Origin: Candidatus Krumholzibacteriota bacterium
Lineage (GTDB): Bacteria > Krumholzibacteriota > Krumholzibacteriia > JAJRXK01
Direction of reading: 5' to 3'
Assembly: GCA_963764625.1 (NCBI GenBank)
Contig: CAVXTH010000004.1
Span: forward strand, 1 to 64,000
Length of the DNA stretch: 64,000 nucleotides
This document shows, piece after piece, positions 1 through 11,225 of the stretch. The number at the start of each line of letters is the position of its first letter. Position 1 is the stretch's first letter. The notes under the pieces are model-generated. The model was not told the DNA's origin, made no database searches, and worked only from the letters and a program-made list of their open reading frames with translations. The position numbers were made by a program, and so were the translations under genes.

Positions 1-62
1 CCCCAACCCCTATACTCCCCCCATCCCCCTGACCCGCGCCCGCGTCCTGGAGTCGCCACCCC

Positions 63-2479
63 GTGACCCTCAAGCCCGGCACCAAACTCGGCCGCTACGA
101 GATCCTCGGACCGCTCGGTGCCGGAGGCATGGGAGAGGTCTACCGGGCGCGCGATGGGCGCCTACAACGTGAAGTGGCGCTCAAGGTCCTCCCCGCCGCC
201 ATCGCGCACGACGCCGAGCGGCTGCAGCGCTTCGAACGCGAGGCGCGCGCCGCCTCCGCCCTCAATCACCCCGGCATCCTCACCGTCTACGACTTCTGCC
301 AGGAAGACGATCTCAGCTTCCTGGTCACCGAACTGCTCGAAGGCGAGTCGCTGCGCGAGCGCCTGGGGCGCGGCGCCCTCCCCACGCGCGAGGCGCTCGA
401 GTACGCGGCGCAGGCGGCCCAGGCCCTGGCCGCGGTGCACGCCAGGGAATCATCCATCGCGACCTCAAGCCCGAGAACCTCTTCCTCACCCGCGACGGCC
501 ACATCAAGATCCTCGACTTCGGCATCGCGCTGCAGCTGGCGCCCCTCGCTTCGGCGGACGACTCCGCAAACACCACCATCGTCGACGCCCTCACCCAACC
601 CGGCCAGATGATCGGCACCGTCGGCTACATGGCGCCCGAGCAGGCGCGGGGGCAGGCGGTCGACGCGCGCACCGATCTCTTCGCCCTGGGATGCGTGCTC
701 TACGAGATGCTCACCGGCCAGTCCGCCTTTGCTCGCGGCTCGCACGCCGACACCCTCAAGGCCATCCTCGACGAGGATCCCCTCGCCCAAGCTCACATAG
801 AAGGAACGGTGAGCGAGGAAGAGGAACGCGTCCTGCGCCACTGCCTCGAAAAGGATCCCGCCAAGCGCTTCCAGACCGCCGGCGACGCCGCCTTCGCCTT
901 CAAGAGTCTCCTCAGCGCGAGCGGCACGCGCCGCACCACCGGCGCCACCGAGCCCTCGGGCAAGAAAACCGGGTTTCCCATCCTCCCCATCGCGGCGGTC
1001 GTGCTGATCGCCGCTCTCGCGATTAGCTGGGTCCTCCTCGGGCGAAAAACAAAGGACGCAACGCCACCGGGCACCGTGCGCTCGATCGCGGTTTTGCCCT
1101 TCGTGAGTGGAGATCAGGACTCCAGCCTGGAGTACCTGGGCGACGGGATCGCGGAGACCCTGATCGGCCGCCTCTCCCCGCTCGAAGATCTCGAAGTGCT
1201 GGCGCGCACCACCACCTTCCGCTTCAAGGGAAAGGACGTCGACCCTCTGCAAGTGGGACGCACTCTCAAGGTCAACGCCATCGTGTCCGGGCACGTCGAG
1301 GTGGTAAAAGGGCGCGTGCAGATCGGCGCCGAACTGGTCGACGTGGCCAGCGGCGCGCAGTTGTGGGGCGAGCGCTTCGACCGCCCCTTCTCCGATCTCT
1401 TCGAAGTCGAGGAGAACGTGGCCCGCGAGATCGGCCAGCGCCTCTCGCAAAGGCTGGGCAAGGTCGAGGACACAAAGCTCATCACACGCCCCACCGAAAG
1501 CGACGAGGCCTACCGGCTCTACCTGAAGGGTCGGCACCTCTGGTATCAGCGCACCCTCGAGAGCGTGCAAAAGAGCACCGAACTCTTCCGGCAGGCGGTG
1601 GAGCTCGATCCCGAGTTTGCCCTGGCCTGGAACGGACTCGGCGACGCCTACACCGTGGGCTGGGCCGGCTACCAGGACCTCCCCCTCGATGAGGCCTACA
1701 CCCGCGGTGAGCGAGCGGTGCGGCGCGCCCTCGAACTCGACGACAAGCTGGCCGAGGCCCACACCTCGCTGGCCTTCCTTCTCTTCGAACGGCACTGGGA
1801 CTTTGCCGGGGCAGAGCGGGAGTTCCAACGCTCTTTGGAACTCGACCCCGGCAACGCCTACACGCACCAGTCCTACGGCGAGTACCTCTACTGCGTCGGG
1901 CGCTTCGACGAATCGATGACCCATCTTCAGCGCGCCCTGCAGCTCGATCCGCTCTCGGAGATCGTGCAGTCGGTCATCGGTTGGAGCTATCTCACGCGCC
2001 GCGATACGCAGAAAGCCATCGCGCAGTTCGAATCCATCCTGAAGCGCGAGCCGGGTTTCATCGATTCCCAGGTTGGTTTGACGCTCACGACCTTCATGGT
2101 TGAGAATTCCGAGTCCGAGCGAGCCGCGAGCCTTCTGGACATGGCGAGAGCCGTCGGACAGGACACGAAGACCATGAAAGAGCTTGCCAGCGCGAATGAC
2201 GAAGGAGGGCTTCAGGCTCTTTTGACCACCTTCCACGAGCTCCAGCAAAACGGTCAGATCAGTGGCGGGCTTTCCAATCCGCTCTACATACTCTGGATCG
2301 ATGGTCTGATCGGCCAGAAAGACAAGGCACTCCAGGTTCTCGAAACGATGTACGCGGATCACAGCCCGGGGCTGAGCTACGCCAAGACCAGCCCCGTCTT
2401 CGATCCCATCCGCGACGAACCGCGCTTTCAGGAAATCCTGGCCGAGATGGACTTTCCGAAGTCTGCGGGTGGAAGCTAA
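63..2479 (+). CDS. Ser/Thr protein kinase (Hanks type) + TM helix + TolB-N-like domain + TPR repeats; one frameshift at ~444-447
   Basis: GAGGMGEVY and VALK in ORF 63..611. After 'gccagggaatc' (G-run one base short) the next frame gives IIHRDLKPEN, DFG and GTVGYMAPE, then TM 'ILPIAAVVLIAALAISWVLL', 'RSIAVLPF', TPRs and 'FDPIRDEPRFQEIL'. Confidence 0.9.
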
Positions 2480-2484
2480 GCGCC

Positions 2485-5322
2485 CTACTCCACCTTCCCC
2501 AAATACCGATCCAACCACGCCATCGATTCACGGATCAGATCCGCTTTGGGAACGGTATGGCCGCGCTCGTACATCAGCTGCTTCTTGTCCTTAGGCGGCG
2601 TACCCAAGAGATCGAACATGGGACGTTGGGAAGTCTCGGCGGGGAAGAAGAAGTCCAGGGCGCCATTGAGCATCAGCGTGGGTTGCGTCACGCGAGTGAC
2701 ATAGTTGATCTGATCGGCTTCGGGCAGCGCCCGCTGGAAACAAATCCCTGCCACGTAGAGCACGTTGGCTTTGATCCGGGGCTCGATCGCCGGCAGGATG
2801 GCCCCCATCGCGCCGCCCCAGCTGACCCCGAAGTAGGCCAGGCGATCGGCGTCCAGATCTTCGCGTGACTCCACGAAGTCGATGGCCCGTCCCAGATCCT
2901 TGCCCCACATGATCACATGGTCCTTGTAGAGCGCGGTCTCCTCCGGAGTGTCGGCCGTCAACTCGCCACCGCGTTCATAGGTGCCCTTGTAGACCGGCAA
3001 CAGCACGGCCCGCCCGCCGCGGGCCAAGAAGTCCAGGCGGTGGAATTCCGCGGGACTGAACACCCGATTGTGCAGCGCCAGCGATCCCGGGAAGATGATG
3101 ACGGTCTGGTACGGCGGCTTGGCGCGCGACGGCAAGAACAGGTGCAGGTTCATCCGCTCGCCGCCGTAAGCGGTCGTGACCTCGCAGGTCTGCCAGCGGC
3201 CGGTCGAGATCTCCTGATCATCGATCAACTTGGTCTCGAGCGGCTTTCGGTCGTAATGGAACTGGCGCTTGAAGTATTCGAACACCTCATCCGGCACCGG
3301 CGTTTCGGCGCGCACGTCACGGAAGGGGATCGGGATCGAGCGCTCCAGCTGCTGCGCATTGGGATCATCCTCGAGCGCGCGCATGCAGCGAAATCCGTTG
3401 CTCACCGAACGGTCGAAGGCCAGCTGCGCGTAGGCGTCGACAAACGCATAGCCCTGATCGTTCCAGCCACCGCCCAGGATGAAGCGCTCCCCGGGTCGAT
3501 CGATGGGGTTGAGAATCCACTCGCGCACGTTGCCGGCCAGGTCGTGCACCCCGAAACGATTGAGGCTGGAGGTCGTGCCCACCGGCACCGTGCCGTGGCC
3601 CGCGAAATTGGCGGCCGGCGCGATCTGCGCGCTGGAGAACGTGAACGCCACCCGACTCCAGTGAAAGATCGTGGGAAGTGACTTGGCAGCCCACGCGGCA
3701 TAGGCCGCCGCTTCGTACCAGCTGATCCCCGTCACCGGGTGCTCGTCCTCGCCGGCGGGATACTCGCCCATCATCCAGCTCGCGGGGCCGGGTTGTCCCA
3801 CCGCGTCCACGAAACGCGCCATCGCCTCCGCGCGCGAAAGCACCTGGTCCTTGTCCTGGAAGGGCTCGCGCCAGAACTCCTCGCGCGCGTAGCCGCCGTC
3901 ATCCACGAAGCGCTTATACTGGCGATTCGTCACCGGATGCCGGTCCATGAGATAGGCGCCCATCATTTCGGTTTCCAGATGGTCCAGTCCCGGCATGTAG
4001 AGGGGGAAGCCGCCCGGAGCCACCTCCTCCATCTCCTCGGGCAGTTCTGACGGCGGGCGCATCGCGTAATGCCAGGTGCAGCTTTCCTGGTCCATGGCGT
4101 TGGTCAGGTTGGGCGCGAGGTTCCACACCAGGTCGTGCACGGTGCGGTGGCGGGGCATCTCCAAGCGCAGCCGCGTCAGCCCGCGCGGAAACGAGATCGA
4201 CTGCAAGGGGGTGGTGCCGAGCGCGATCTCCTTCCCGGGCGGATCCTCATAGTACGCGGCGAAGGCCTGCGCGCCCGGCGGATCCGTGGTGATCGAGATC
4301 GGATTGGCGAAGTCGGACCGCAGCCTCTCCACCATCGTTTCTCCCGGCGCGATTCTCTCGATTTCGGCCGCCAGTTCGAAGGCGGTCCAGCAGTCGCGAT
4401 CCTCCTGCACGACCGTGTTTCCCTCGCACAGCCGGATCAACTCCGGCAGCCCCTCTTCACGCGGCCAGCGGCGCAGGGCGGCCAGGGCGTCGACCACTTG
4501 CGAAACCTCGCCGAAGCGGTCGGCCGGGTCCTTCTCCAGGCAACGCGCTACGATCCGCTCCAGCCTCTGTGGCATGGCATCGTTGCGGCGCTGAAGGGGC
4601 TCGGGCCTCTCGTGCAGCATCGAACTCAGACGCGTCACCGGATCCTCGCCCGAGAAGGGGCGCTGGCCGGTCGCCATCTCGTAGAGCACGCAACCCAGGG
4701 CGAAGATGTCCGAGCGTTCGTCGGCCTCCTTGCCTTCGATTTGTTCCGGCGACATGTAGGCGAAGGTGCCGACCAGGGCTCCCGGCGTGGTCAGCGGGGA
4801 CACGACCGTGCGCGCGAGCTCGGCGTCTGTTTCCTGCTGAGGCAGCGCCGCCGGACGCGCCAGTCCGAAGTCCAGCAACTTGATGCCCTTGGTGGTCACC
4901 ATCAGGTTGCTGGGCTTCAGATCGCGATGCACCAGCCCGACACGGTGAGCTTCCATGAGCGCCGCGCTGATCTGTTCCGCGAATTCCAACAGTTCGTCGA
5001 AGGGCAACGGCCCGCGCGCCAAGCGCGAGTCCAGCGTCTCGCCTTCGATGAGTTCCATCACCAGATAGTGGAGCTCGTCGTGCTGCCCCACGTCGTGCAG
5101 CGTGCAGATGTTCGGATGGCTGAGTCGTGACAGAGTGCGCGCTTCGCGGGTGAAGCGCTCCCTGAATTCGGAGGAGGTCTGCAGGCTCGGCGGCAGGACC
5201 TTGATCGCTACCTCACGCTCCAGCCGCGTGTCGCGAGCCCGATAGACCTCGCCCATCCCCCCCGCACCGAGAGAATCGACGATCAGATAGGGGCCCAGTT
5301 TGGTGTTGGGGGCAAGGGACAC
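2485..5322 (-). CDS. Ser/Thr kinase fused to FGE-sulfatase (SUMF1-like) domain and alpha/beta hydrolase
   Basis: Kinase motifs GAGGMG, HRDLKPSN, DFG and MSPE. SUMF1-like motifs 'PVTNRQY', 'HPVTGISWYEA', 'DLAGNVREW' and 'NGFRC'. Hydrolase nucleophile elbow GVSWG, then Asp (LDFFF) and His (GHTVP). Confidence 0.9.
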   Translation of the reverse strand: MSLAPNTKLGPYLIVDSLGAGGMGEVYRARDTRLEREVAIKVLPPSLQTSSEFRERFTREARTLSRLSHPNICTLHDVGQHDELHYLVMELIEGETLDSRLARGPLPFDELLEFAEQISAALMEAHRVGLVHRDLKPSNLMVTTKGIKLLDFGLARPAALPQQETDAELARTVVSPLTTPGALVGTFAYMSPEQIEGKEADERSDIFALGCVLYEMATGQRPFSGEDPVTRLSSMLHERPEPLQRRNDAMPQRLERIVARCLEKDPADRFGEVSQVVDALAALRRWPREEGLPELIRLCEGNTVVQEDRDCWTAFELAAEIERIAPGETMVERLRSDFANPISITTDPPGAQAFAAYYEDPPGKEIALGTTPLQSISFPRGLTRLRLEMPRHRTVHDLVWNLAPNLTNAMDQESCTWHYAMRPPSELPEEMEEVAPGGFPLYMPGLDHLETEMMGAYLMDRHPVTNRQYKRFVDDGGYAREEFWREPFQDKDQVLSRAEAMARFVDAVGQPGPASWMMGEYPAGEDEHPVTGISWYEAAAYAAWAAKSLPTIFHWSRVAFTFSSAQIAPAANFAGHGTVPVGTTSSLNRFGVHDLAGNVREWILNPIDRPGERFILGGGWNDQGYAFVDAYAQLAFDRSVSNGFRCMRALEDDPNAQQLERSIPIPFRDVRAETPVPDEVFEYFKRQFHYDRKPLETKLIDDQEISTGRWQTCEVTTAYGGERMNLHLFLPSRAKPPYQTVIIFPGSLALHNRVFSPAEFHRLDFLARGGRAVLLPVYKGTYERGGELTADTPEETALYKDHVIMWGKDLGRAIDFVESREDLDADRLAYFGVSWGGAMGAILPAIEPRIKANVLYVAGICFQRALPEADQINYVTRVTQPTLMLNGALDFFFPAETSQRPMFDLLGTPPKDKKQLMYERGHTVPKADLIRESMAWLDRYLGKVE

Positions 5323-5466
5323 GTTTCATCCTCTCGCAGGGGGTGCCAGGATACCACGATTGCCAATATTCTCTTGATCGGAAAATCCGCCGACTAGAAA
5401 TCTCGACAGAATCTGGCTGAGCACTCGTTGCGGCCGGGCGACTCTTACCCATCGTGCTTACCATGA

Positions 5467-6480
<1,014 letters not shown>

Positions 6481-6592
6481 GCGCCCTAAGTCTCCACCCG
6501 AGTGCGCCTGGCCGGAGTGGCGCCCTCACGGATTGACCATCCCCCAGCCGGCCTCTACACTCATGGCACTCCCCAGGTCCCGGAGTCCACCC

Positions 6593-9247
6593 TTGATCGG
6601 AAAGACGCTGGCCCACTACGAGATCACCGCGCTGATCGGTCAGGGTGGCATGGGAGAGGTCTATCGGGCCCGCGACACGAAGCTCGGGCGCGAGGTCGCC
6701 CTCAAGCTCCTTCCTGAAGATGTGTCCCAGAACCAGGAACGCTTCGTGCGCTTCCAGCGCGAGGCGAAGGTCCTGGCCTCGCTCAGCCACCCCAACATCG
6801 CCGCGCTCCACGGATTGGAGGAAGCGGATGGCCGCGTCTTCCTGGTGATGGAGCTGGCCGAGGGCGAGGATCTCAGCGAAAGAGAGCGGCGAGGGCCCAT
6901 CCCGGTCGAGGAAGCGCTCGCACTCGCTCGGCAGATCGCCGAGGGGCTTCAGGCGGCGCACGCCAAGGGCATCGTCCATCGTGACCTGAAACCGGCGAAC
7001 ATCAAGGTGTCACAAGATGGGCGCGTCAAGCTGCTCGACTTCGGGCTCGCCCGTGTATTTCTGGGCGACGAGACCGACGGCGACCCTGCGACCTCGCCCA
7101 CGATCACCGCGGCCATGACGCAGCAGGGCGTCATCTTGGGAACGGCCGCCTACATGTCGCCCGAACAGGCGCGCGGCAAGTCCGTCGACCAACAGACCGA
7201 CGTGTGGGCCTTCGGGGTCGTTCTCTTCGAGATGCTCACCGGTCACCGGCTCTTCGGCGGGGAGACGATCTCCGACTCCATCGGCGCCATCCTGCATCGC
7301 GAACCCGACTGGTCGCTGTTGCCGGCAAGCACTCCGCTCCCCGTGCACCGGCTCTTGCGCCGCTGCCTGCAGAGAGAGCCCGGCCGGCGTCTTCATCACA
7401 TCGCCGACGCGCGAATCGAACTCGAGGATCTCGATTCGATGTCTTCCGACCTCATGGCCGCGGGGCCAGGCAAGGGCTCGCGCGGTTCCCGGAGCACCAT
7501 CCTCATCGGAACGCTGCTTACCATCGTGCTCCTCGCGATTCTCGCCGACCTATCGGGCTTGCTGCGCCGCCCCCCCACCGTCGCTCCGCTGGCCAACCCT
7601 CTCGACGGTGCGACCTTTACCCGGCTCACCGATTTCGCCGGGGACGAGTTCGACGCCGCCATCTCTCCGGACGGACGCTTCGTCGCCTTCATTTCGGATC
7701 GAGATGGACCCTTCGACGTCTTCGTGGGCCAGACCGATTCCCGGGAGTTCCGCAACATCACCCGGAAACAGAAGCTGGACATCGGCTCCAACGTCTACGC
7801 GTCGTCGGGAGTCCGCAGAGTCGGGTTTTCCGGAGACGGATCGAGCATCTGGTTCGGCGGTCTCCCGAGGGACGGTCTGCGGATCTTGCCCTTGCTGGGC
7901 GGTCCTGCGCGCAACTTCCTTAGTCAGGAGGTGGGCGAGGTCGAATGGTCCCCCGACGCACAGCAGATCGTCTATCACCTGGGCATAGCGGGCGATCCCA
8001 TCTACGTCTCCGATCCCAGCGGCGCCAACGCGAAATTGATTCTACCCTCCACCGAAGGCCATCATCAGCACTTTCCCATCTGGTCCCGCGACGGGCAGTG
8101 GTTCTATCTGGTGCGCGGCCGTCCCATCACGGGCGAGATGGATCTCTGGCGCGTGCATCCCGACGGCAGCAAACTCGAGCGTCTCACCGAGGGCCTGAGG
8201 CAAGTCACCTACCCTGTTCCTCTGGGCGACCGGACCGTGCTGTTCTGTGCGCACGAGCCCGACGGCGCCGGACCCTGGCTGTGGGCACTCGACACGGAAA
8301 CAAAGGAGTACAAGAGAGCCAGTGTCGGCGTGGAGTACTACTCCTCCGTGTCGGCGAGCGCGGATGGCCGTCGCATCGTGGCGACGGTGGCGAACCCGCA
8401 GGCGACGGTGTGGCGCATTCCAATTCAGGATCGTGTGGCGACCGAGAGCGATGCGGCTCCGCTACCCCTTCCCACCGTTCGCGCCCTGGCTCCCCGTGTC
8501 AGTGGTGACCAACTCTTCTACCTCTCCTCGCGCGGCGCCGGAGACGGGTTGTGGAAATATGAGGATGGGAAATCCACCGAGATCTGGGATGGGGCCAAAG
8601 ACCCGCTGCTCGATCCGCCCGCCGTGTCGCCCGACGGGCAGGCGCTGGTCCTCACTCTGCAACGAGGAGGACGACAGCAGCTCCATGTACTGCGTGCGGA
8701 CGGTGCCGAGCTTCGGGCGCTGACGGATCTCGTCGACGTGCGCGGCACCGCTTCCTGGTCGCCCGATGGCCGCTGGATCGTCGTGGGCGGCTGGAAGGAT
8801 GGCGTCCAGGGCCTCTACCGGGTTCCCGTCGACGGCGGGGCGCCTGAGGCAATCGTGCTTGGGGAGGCATTGGACCCCGTGTGGTCGCCGGCCGGAGATT
8901 GCATCGTCTACACCGACCATCAGATCAGAGCGTATTCGTCCCTGAAGTGCGTTACCCCCGACGGTGCACCGATCGAAATCCCACCCATCTTCATCATTGT
9001 TGAAGAGGGCGGAGAGCGGACCCGCTTTCTCCCTGACGGAAAACGCCTCATCTACATGCAAGGCAAGTCGTTCGCTCAGGATTTCTACATGCTCGACCTT
9101 GGCACCATGAAGAGCCGCCGGCTCACCCGGCTCGACAACGCGGCGGCCATGCGAACCTTCGATGTGACGCCTGACGGCTCCGCGATCGTCTTCGACCGCC
9201 TTCGCCGCAATTCGGACCTCGTGTTGATCGAGCGCCCGGATCTTTGA
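6593..9247 (+). CDS. Ser/Thr kinase + TM + PD40/TolB-like beta-propeller
   Basis: Likely TTG start at 6593 after ggag (ATG 6563 is an alternative). GQGGMGEVY, HRDLKPAN, DFG and YMSPE; TM 'ILIGTLLTIVLLAILA'; repeated SPDG/WSPDG blades. Confidence 0.9.
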   Translation: MIGKTLAHYEITALIGQGGMGEVYRARDTKLGREVALKLLPEDVSQNQERFVRFQREAKVLASLSHPNIAALHGLEEADGRVFLVMELAEGEDLSERERRGPIPVEEALALARQIAEGLQAAHAKGIVHRDLKPANIKVSQDGRVKLLDFGLARVFLGDETDGDPATSPTITAAMTQQGVILGTAAYMSPEQARGKSVDQQTDVWAFGVVLFEMLTGHRLFGGETISDSIGAILHREPDWSLLPASTPLPVHRLLRRCLQREPGRRLHHIADARIELEDLDSMSSDLMAAGPGKGSRGSRSTILIGTLLTIVLLAILADLSGLLRRPPTVAPLANPLDGATFTRLTDFAGDEFDAAISPDGRFVAFISDRDGPFDVFVGQTDSREFRNITRKQKLDIGSNVYASSGVRRVGFSGDGSSIWFGGLPRDGLRILPLLGGPARNFLSQEVGEVEWSPDAQQIVYHLGIAGDPIYVSDPSGANAKLILPSTEGHHQHFPIWSRDGQWFYLVRGRPITGEMDLWRVHPDGSKLERLTEGLRQVTYPVPLGDRTVLFCAHEPDGAGPWLWALDTETKEYKRASVGVEYYSSVSASADGRRIVATVANPQATVWRIPIQDRVATESDAAPLPLPTVRALAPRVSGDQLFYLSSRGAGDGLWKYEDGKSTEIWDGAKDPLLDPPAVSPDGQALVLTLQRGGRQQLHVLRADGAELRALTDLVDVRGTASWSPDGRWIVVGGWKDGVQGLYRVPVDGGAPEAIVLGEALDPVWSPAGDCIVYTDHQIRAYSSLKCVTPDGAPIEIPPIFIIVEEGGERTRFLPDGKRLIYMQGKSFAQDFYMLDLGTMKSRRLTRLDNAAAMRTFDVTPDGSAIVFDRLRRNSDLVLIERPDL

Positions 9248-9461
9248 GACTCCAAGTGCGCAGGTTGTCGGGGCTCGGCATGATTCGCGCGCGGCGGCGA
9301 AGTTCTGGATTCTCTACTGTCCGGAGCTTGATGAGCCTGCAATTTGAAATCCGGATGGGAAAGGGGGTAAACTACCACGTACGCTCGTGGCACCGGCGTT
9401 GCCCTGTGCCGAGGTCGACACTCTGAGCGTGAATTCCCCGCTTGAGCCAGGAGGTTCCTCC

Positions 9462-11216
9462 ATGCGCTCACGCAACTCGCATCCCGCTCTGCACCTCTTC
9501 CTTCTCTGCCTTCTCTGCCTTCTCTGCCTTCTTCTGCTCTCGCCCGTCGTCGTACGCGCGGCGTGGCAGATCGACGGTGTCCCGCTCTCGAACCTCTCCG
9601 AGGATTACCAGAACACCCCGGCCATCACCACCGACGGCGTGGGCGGTGCGATCATCGCCTGGCAGGAGGAGATGAACGGGAACTACGACATCTACGCGCA
9701 GCGGATCGATGCTTCGGGCGCGGTCCGGTGGACGGCGGCTGGAGTTCCCGTCTGTACCGCCCCGGGTACGCAGTACCTTCCCAAGATCATCTCGGACGGA
9801 GCCGGTGGGGCGATCGTCTGCTGGATCGACAGTCGGAGCGGCACTGCCTATTGGGCCGTCTACGCCCAGAGGATCGACTCCTCCGGAGTGGCCCAGTGGA
9901 CGCTCAACGGCGTGGCGCTCAACGTGATCGGCGACGCTTACGGTCCCGGGCTCGTTACGGACGGGGCCGGCGGGGCGATCGTCGTCTGGCATGACTTCCG
10001 CAACGGCAACGACGACGACATCTACGCGCGGCGAGTGACCGCCTCGGGGACTGCACTCTGGACTTACGGGGGCGTCCCCCTCTGTACCGCCCCGGGCGGT
10101 CAGTACTCTGTTCACACCATTTCGGATGGAGCCGGTGGTGCGGTCGTGACCTGGAAGGACGATCGGGACGGCGCTGCGAACGGTCACATCTACGAGGGCG
10201 ACATCTACGCGCAGCGGATCAACGGATCGGGTGCGACGCAGTGGGCTTTGAACGGAACGCCGCTCTGCACTGCCGCGGGTAGCCAAGCCGCTCCCTCGAG
10301 TGCCCCGGACTGGACCGGCGGAGCGACCGTGGTCTGGATTGATTATCGAGACAGCGGGACGACCGGCGACATCTACGCCCAGCGGATTGACGGATCGGGC
10401 ACGGTGCAGTGGACGGCCGATGGCGTCGCCGTCTGCACCGCCCCGGGTGACCAGAGTTACATGACGGCTACCAGCGACGGAGCCGGCGGCTTGATCGCGG
10501 TGTGGGAGGACCACCGCAGCGGCACGACCGAGGATCTCTACGCCCAGCGGATCGACGTTTCGGGCGCGGTCCAGTGGACGGTGAACGGCATCGCCCTCTG
10601 CACGGCCCCAAGCGCTCAGTTGTACGCCAAACTCGTCCCGGACGGGGCCGGGGGGGCAATCGTGACCTGGGAGGACCTTCGAAGCGGGGTCGACTACGAC
10701 ATCTACGGGCAACGGGTCGACGGCTCGGGCGCGAGCCAGTGGATGCCCGACGGAGTCGCCTTTTGCGCCGCCGCACAAAATCAGGAATATCCCGTGATCG
10801 TTGCCAACACTGGTGGGCCGATCGTGGCCTGGGTGGACTACCGGAGCGGCACCAACAGGAATGACGTCTACGCGCAGAGGGCCGACGCGAACGGCGCGAT
10901 CGCCACGGCGGTCCCTGGAACCGCCACTTCCTGGAACTCCGAAATAGCGCTCTCGTCCAATTACCCCAACCCGTTCGCGGGGTCGAGCCGCATCAACCTG
11001 AGCTTGCAGCGTGAGAGTCCGGTGACCGTCGAAGTCTTCGATGCATCCGGTCGTCGCGTTCGTAAGATCGACGTGGGCTACCTTGGAGCAGGGAGCACCC
11101 CCCTCACCTTCGATGGCCTCAACGACAGCCGCCATCACCTGCCGAGCGGCGTGTATTTCTACCAGGTGCATGCGAGAGGTCAGACGGCGACGCGAAAAAT
11201 ACTGATCATGAGGTGA
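9462..11216 (+). CDS. Secreted repeat (beta-propeller-like) protein with FlgD-Ig/T9SS type-A-like CTD
   Basis: RBS ggagg and a signal peptide ending VVRA. Eight 'D(I/L/V)YAQRID.SG'-like repeats. C-terminal 'NYPNPF...VFDASGRRVR...PSGVYFYQV...RKILIMR'. Confidence 0.85.
   Translation: MRSRNSHPALHLFLLCLLCLLCLLLLSPVVVRAAWQIDGVPLSNLSEDYQNTPAITTDGVGGAIIAWQEEMNGNYDIYAQRIDASGAVRWTAAGVPVCTAPGTQYLPKIISDGAGGAIVCWIDSRSGTAYWAVYAQRIDSSGVAQWTLNGVALNVIGDAYGPGLVTDGAGGAIVVWHDFRNGNDDDIYARRVTASGTALWTYGGVPLCTAPGGQYSVHTISDGAGGAVVTWKDDRDGAANGHIYEGDIYAQRINGSGATQWALNGTPLCTAAGSQAAPSSAPDWTGGATVVWIDYRDSGTTGDIYAQRIDGSGTVQWTADGVAVCTAPGDQSYMTATSDGAGGLIAVWEDHRSGTTEDLYAQRIDVSGAVQWTVNGIALCTAPSAQLYAKLVPDGAGGAIVTWEDLRSGVDYDIYGQRVDGSGASQWMPDGVAFCAAAQNQEYPVIVANTGGPIVAWVDYRSGTNRNDVYAQRADANGAIATAVPGTATSWNSEIALSSNYPNPFAGSSRINLSLQRESPVTVEVFDASGRRVRKIDVGYLGAGSTPLTFDGLNDSRHHLPSGVYFYQVHARGQTATRKILIMR
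9501..9530 (+). repeat. 9-bp tandem repeat (CTTCTCTGC)x3 in signal peptide
   Basis: cttctctgc cttctctgc cttctctgc ctt encodes LLC-LLC-LLC-L. Confidence 0.85.
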
Positions 11217-11225
11217 CGCGAGCGC

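Noticed and set aside
444-447. Programmed frameshift in the first kinase
   Set aside because: It is a one-base shortfall in a G run with no slippery heptamer; a sequencing indel is the simpler explanation.
287-2518. Long antisense ORFs (also 4069..5130, 9468..11171, 42299..43453, 62124..63956)
   Set aside because: They shadow genes with clear motifs on the opposite strand, which is expected in high-GC DNA, and carry no motifs of their own.
9600-10900. Regularly spaced DNA repeats (gacatctacgcgcagcggatc-like) suggesting CRISPR
   Set aside because: They are in-frame protein repeats about 170 nt apart with synonymous variation; no cas genes are present.
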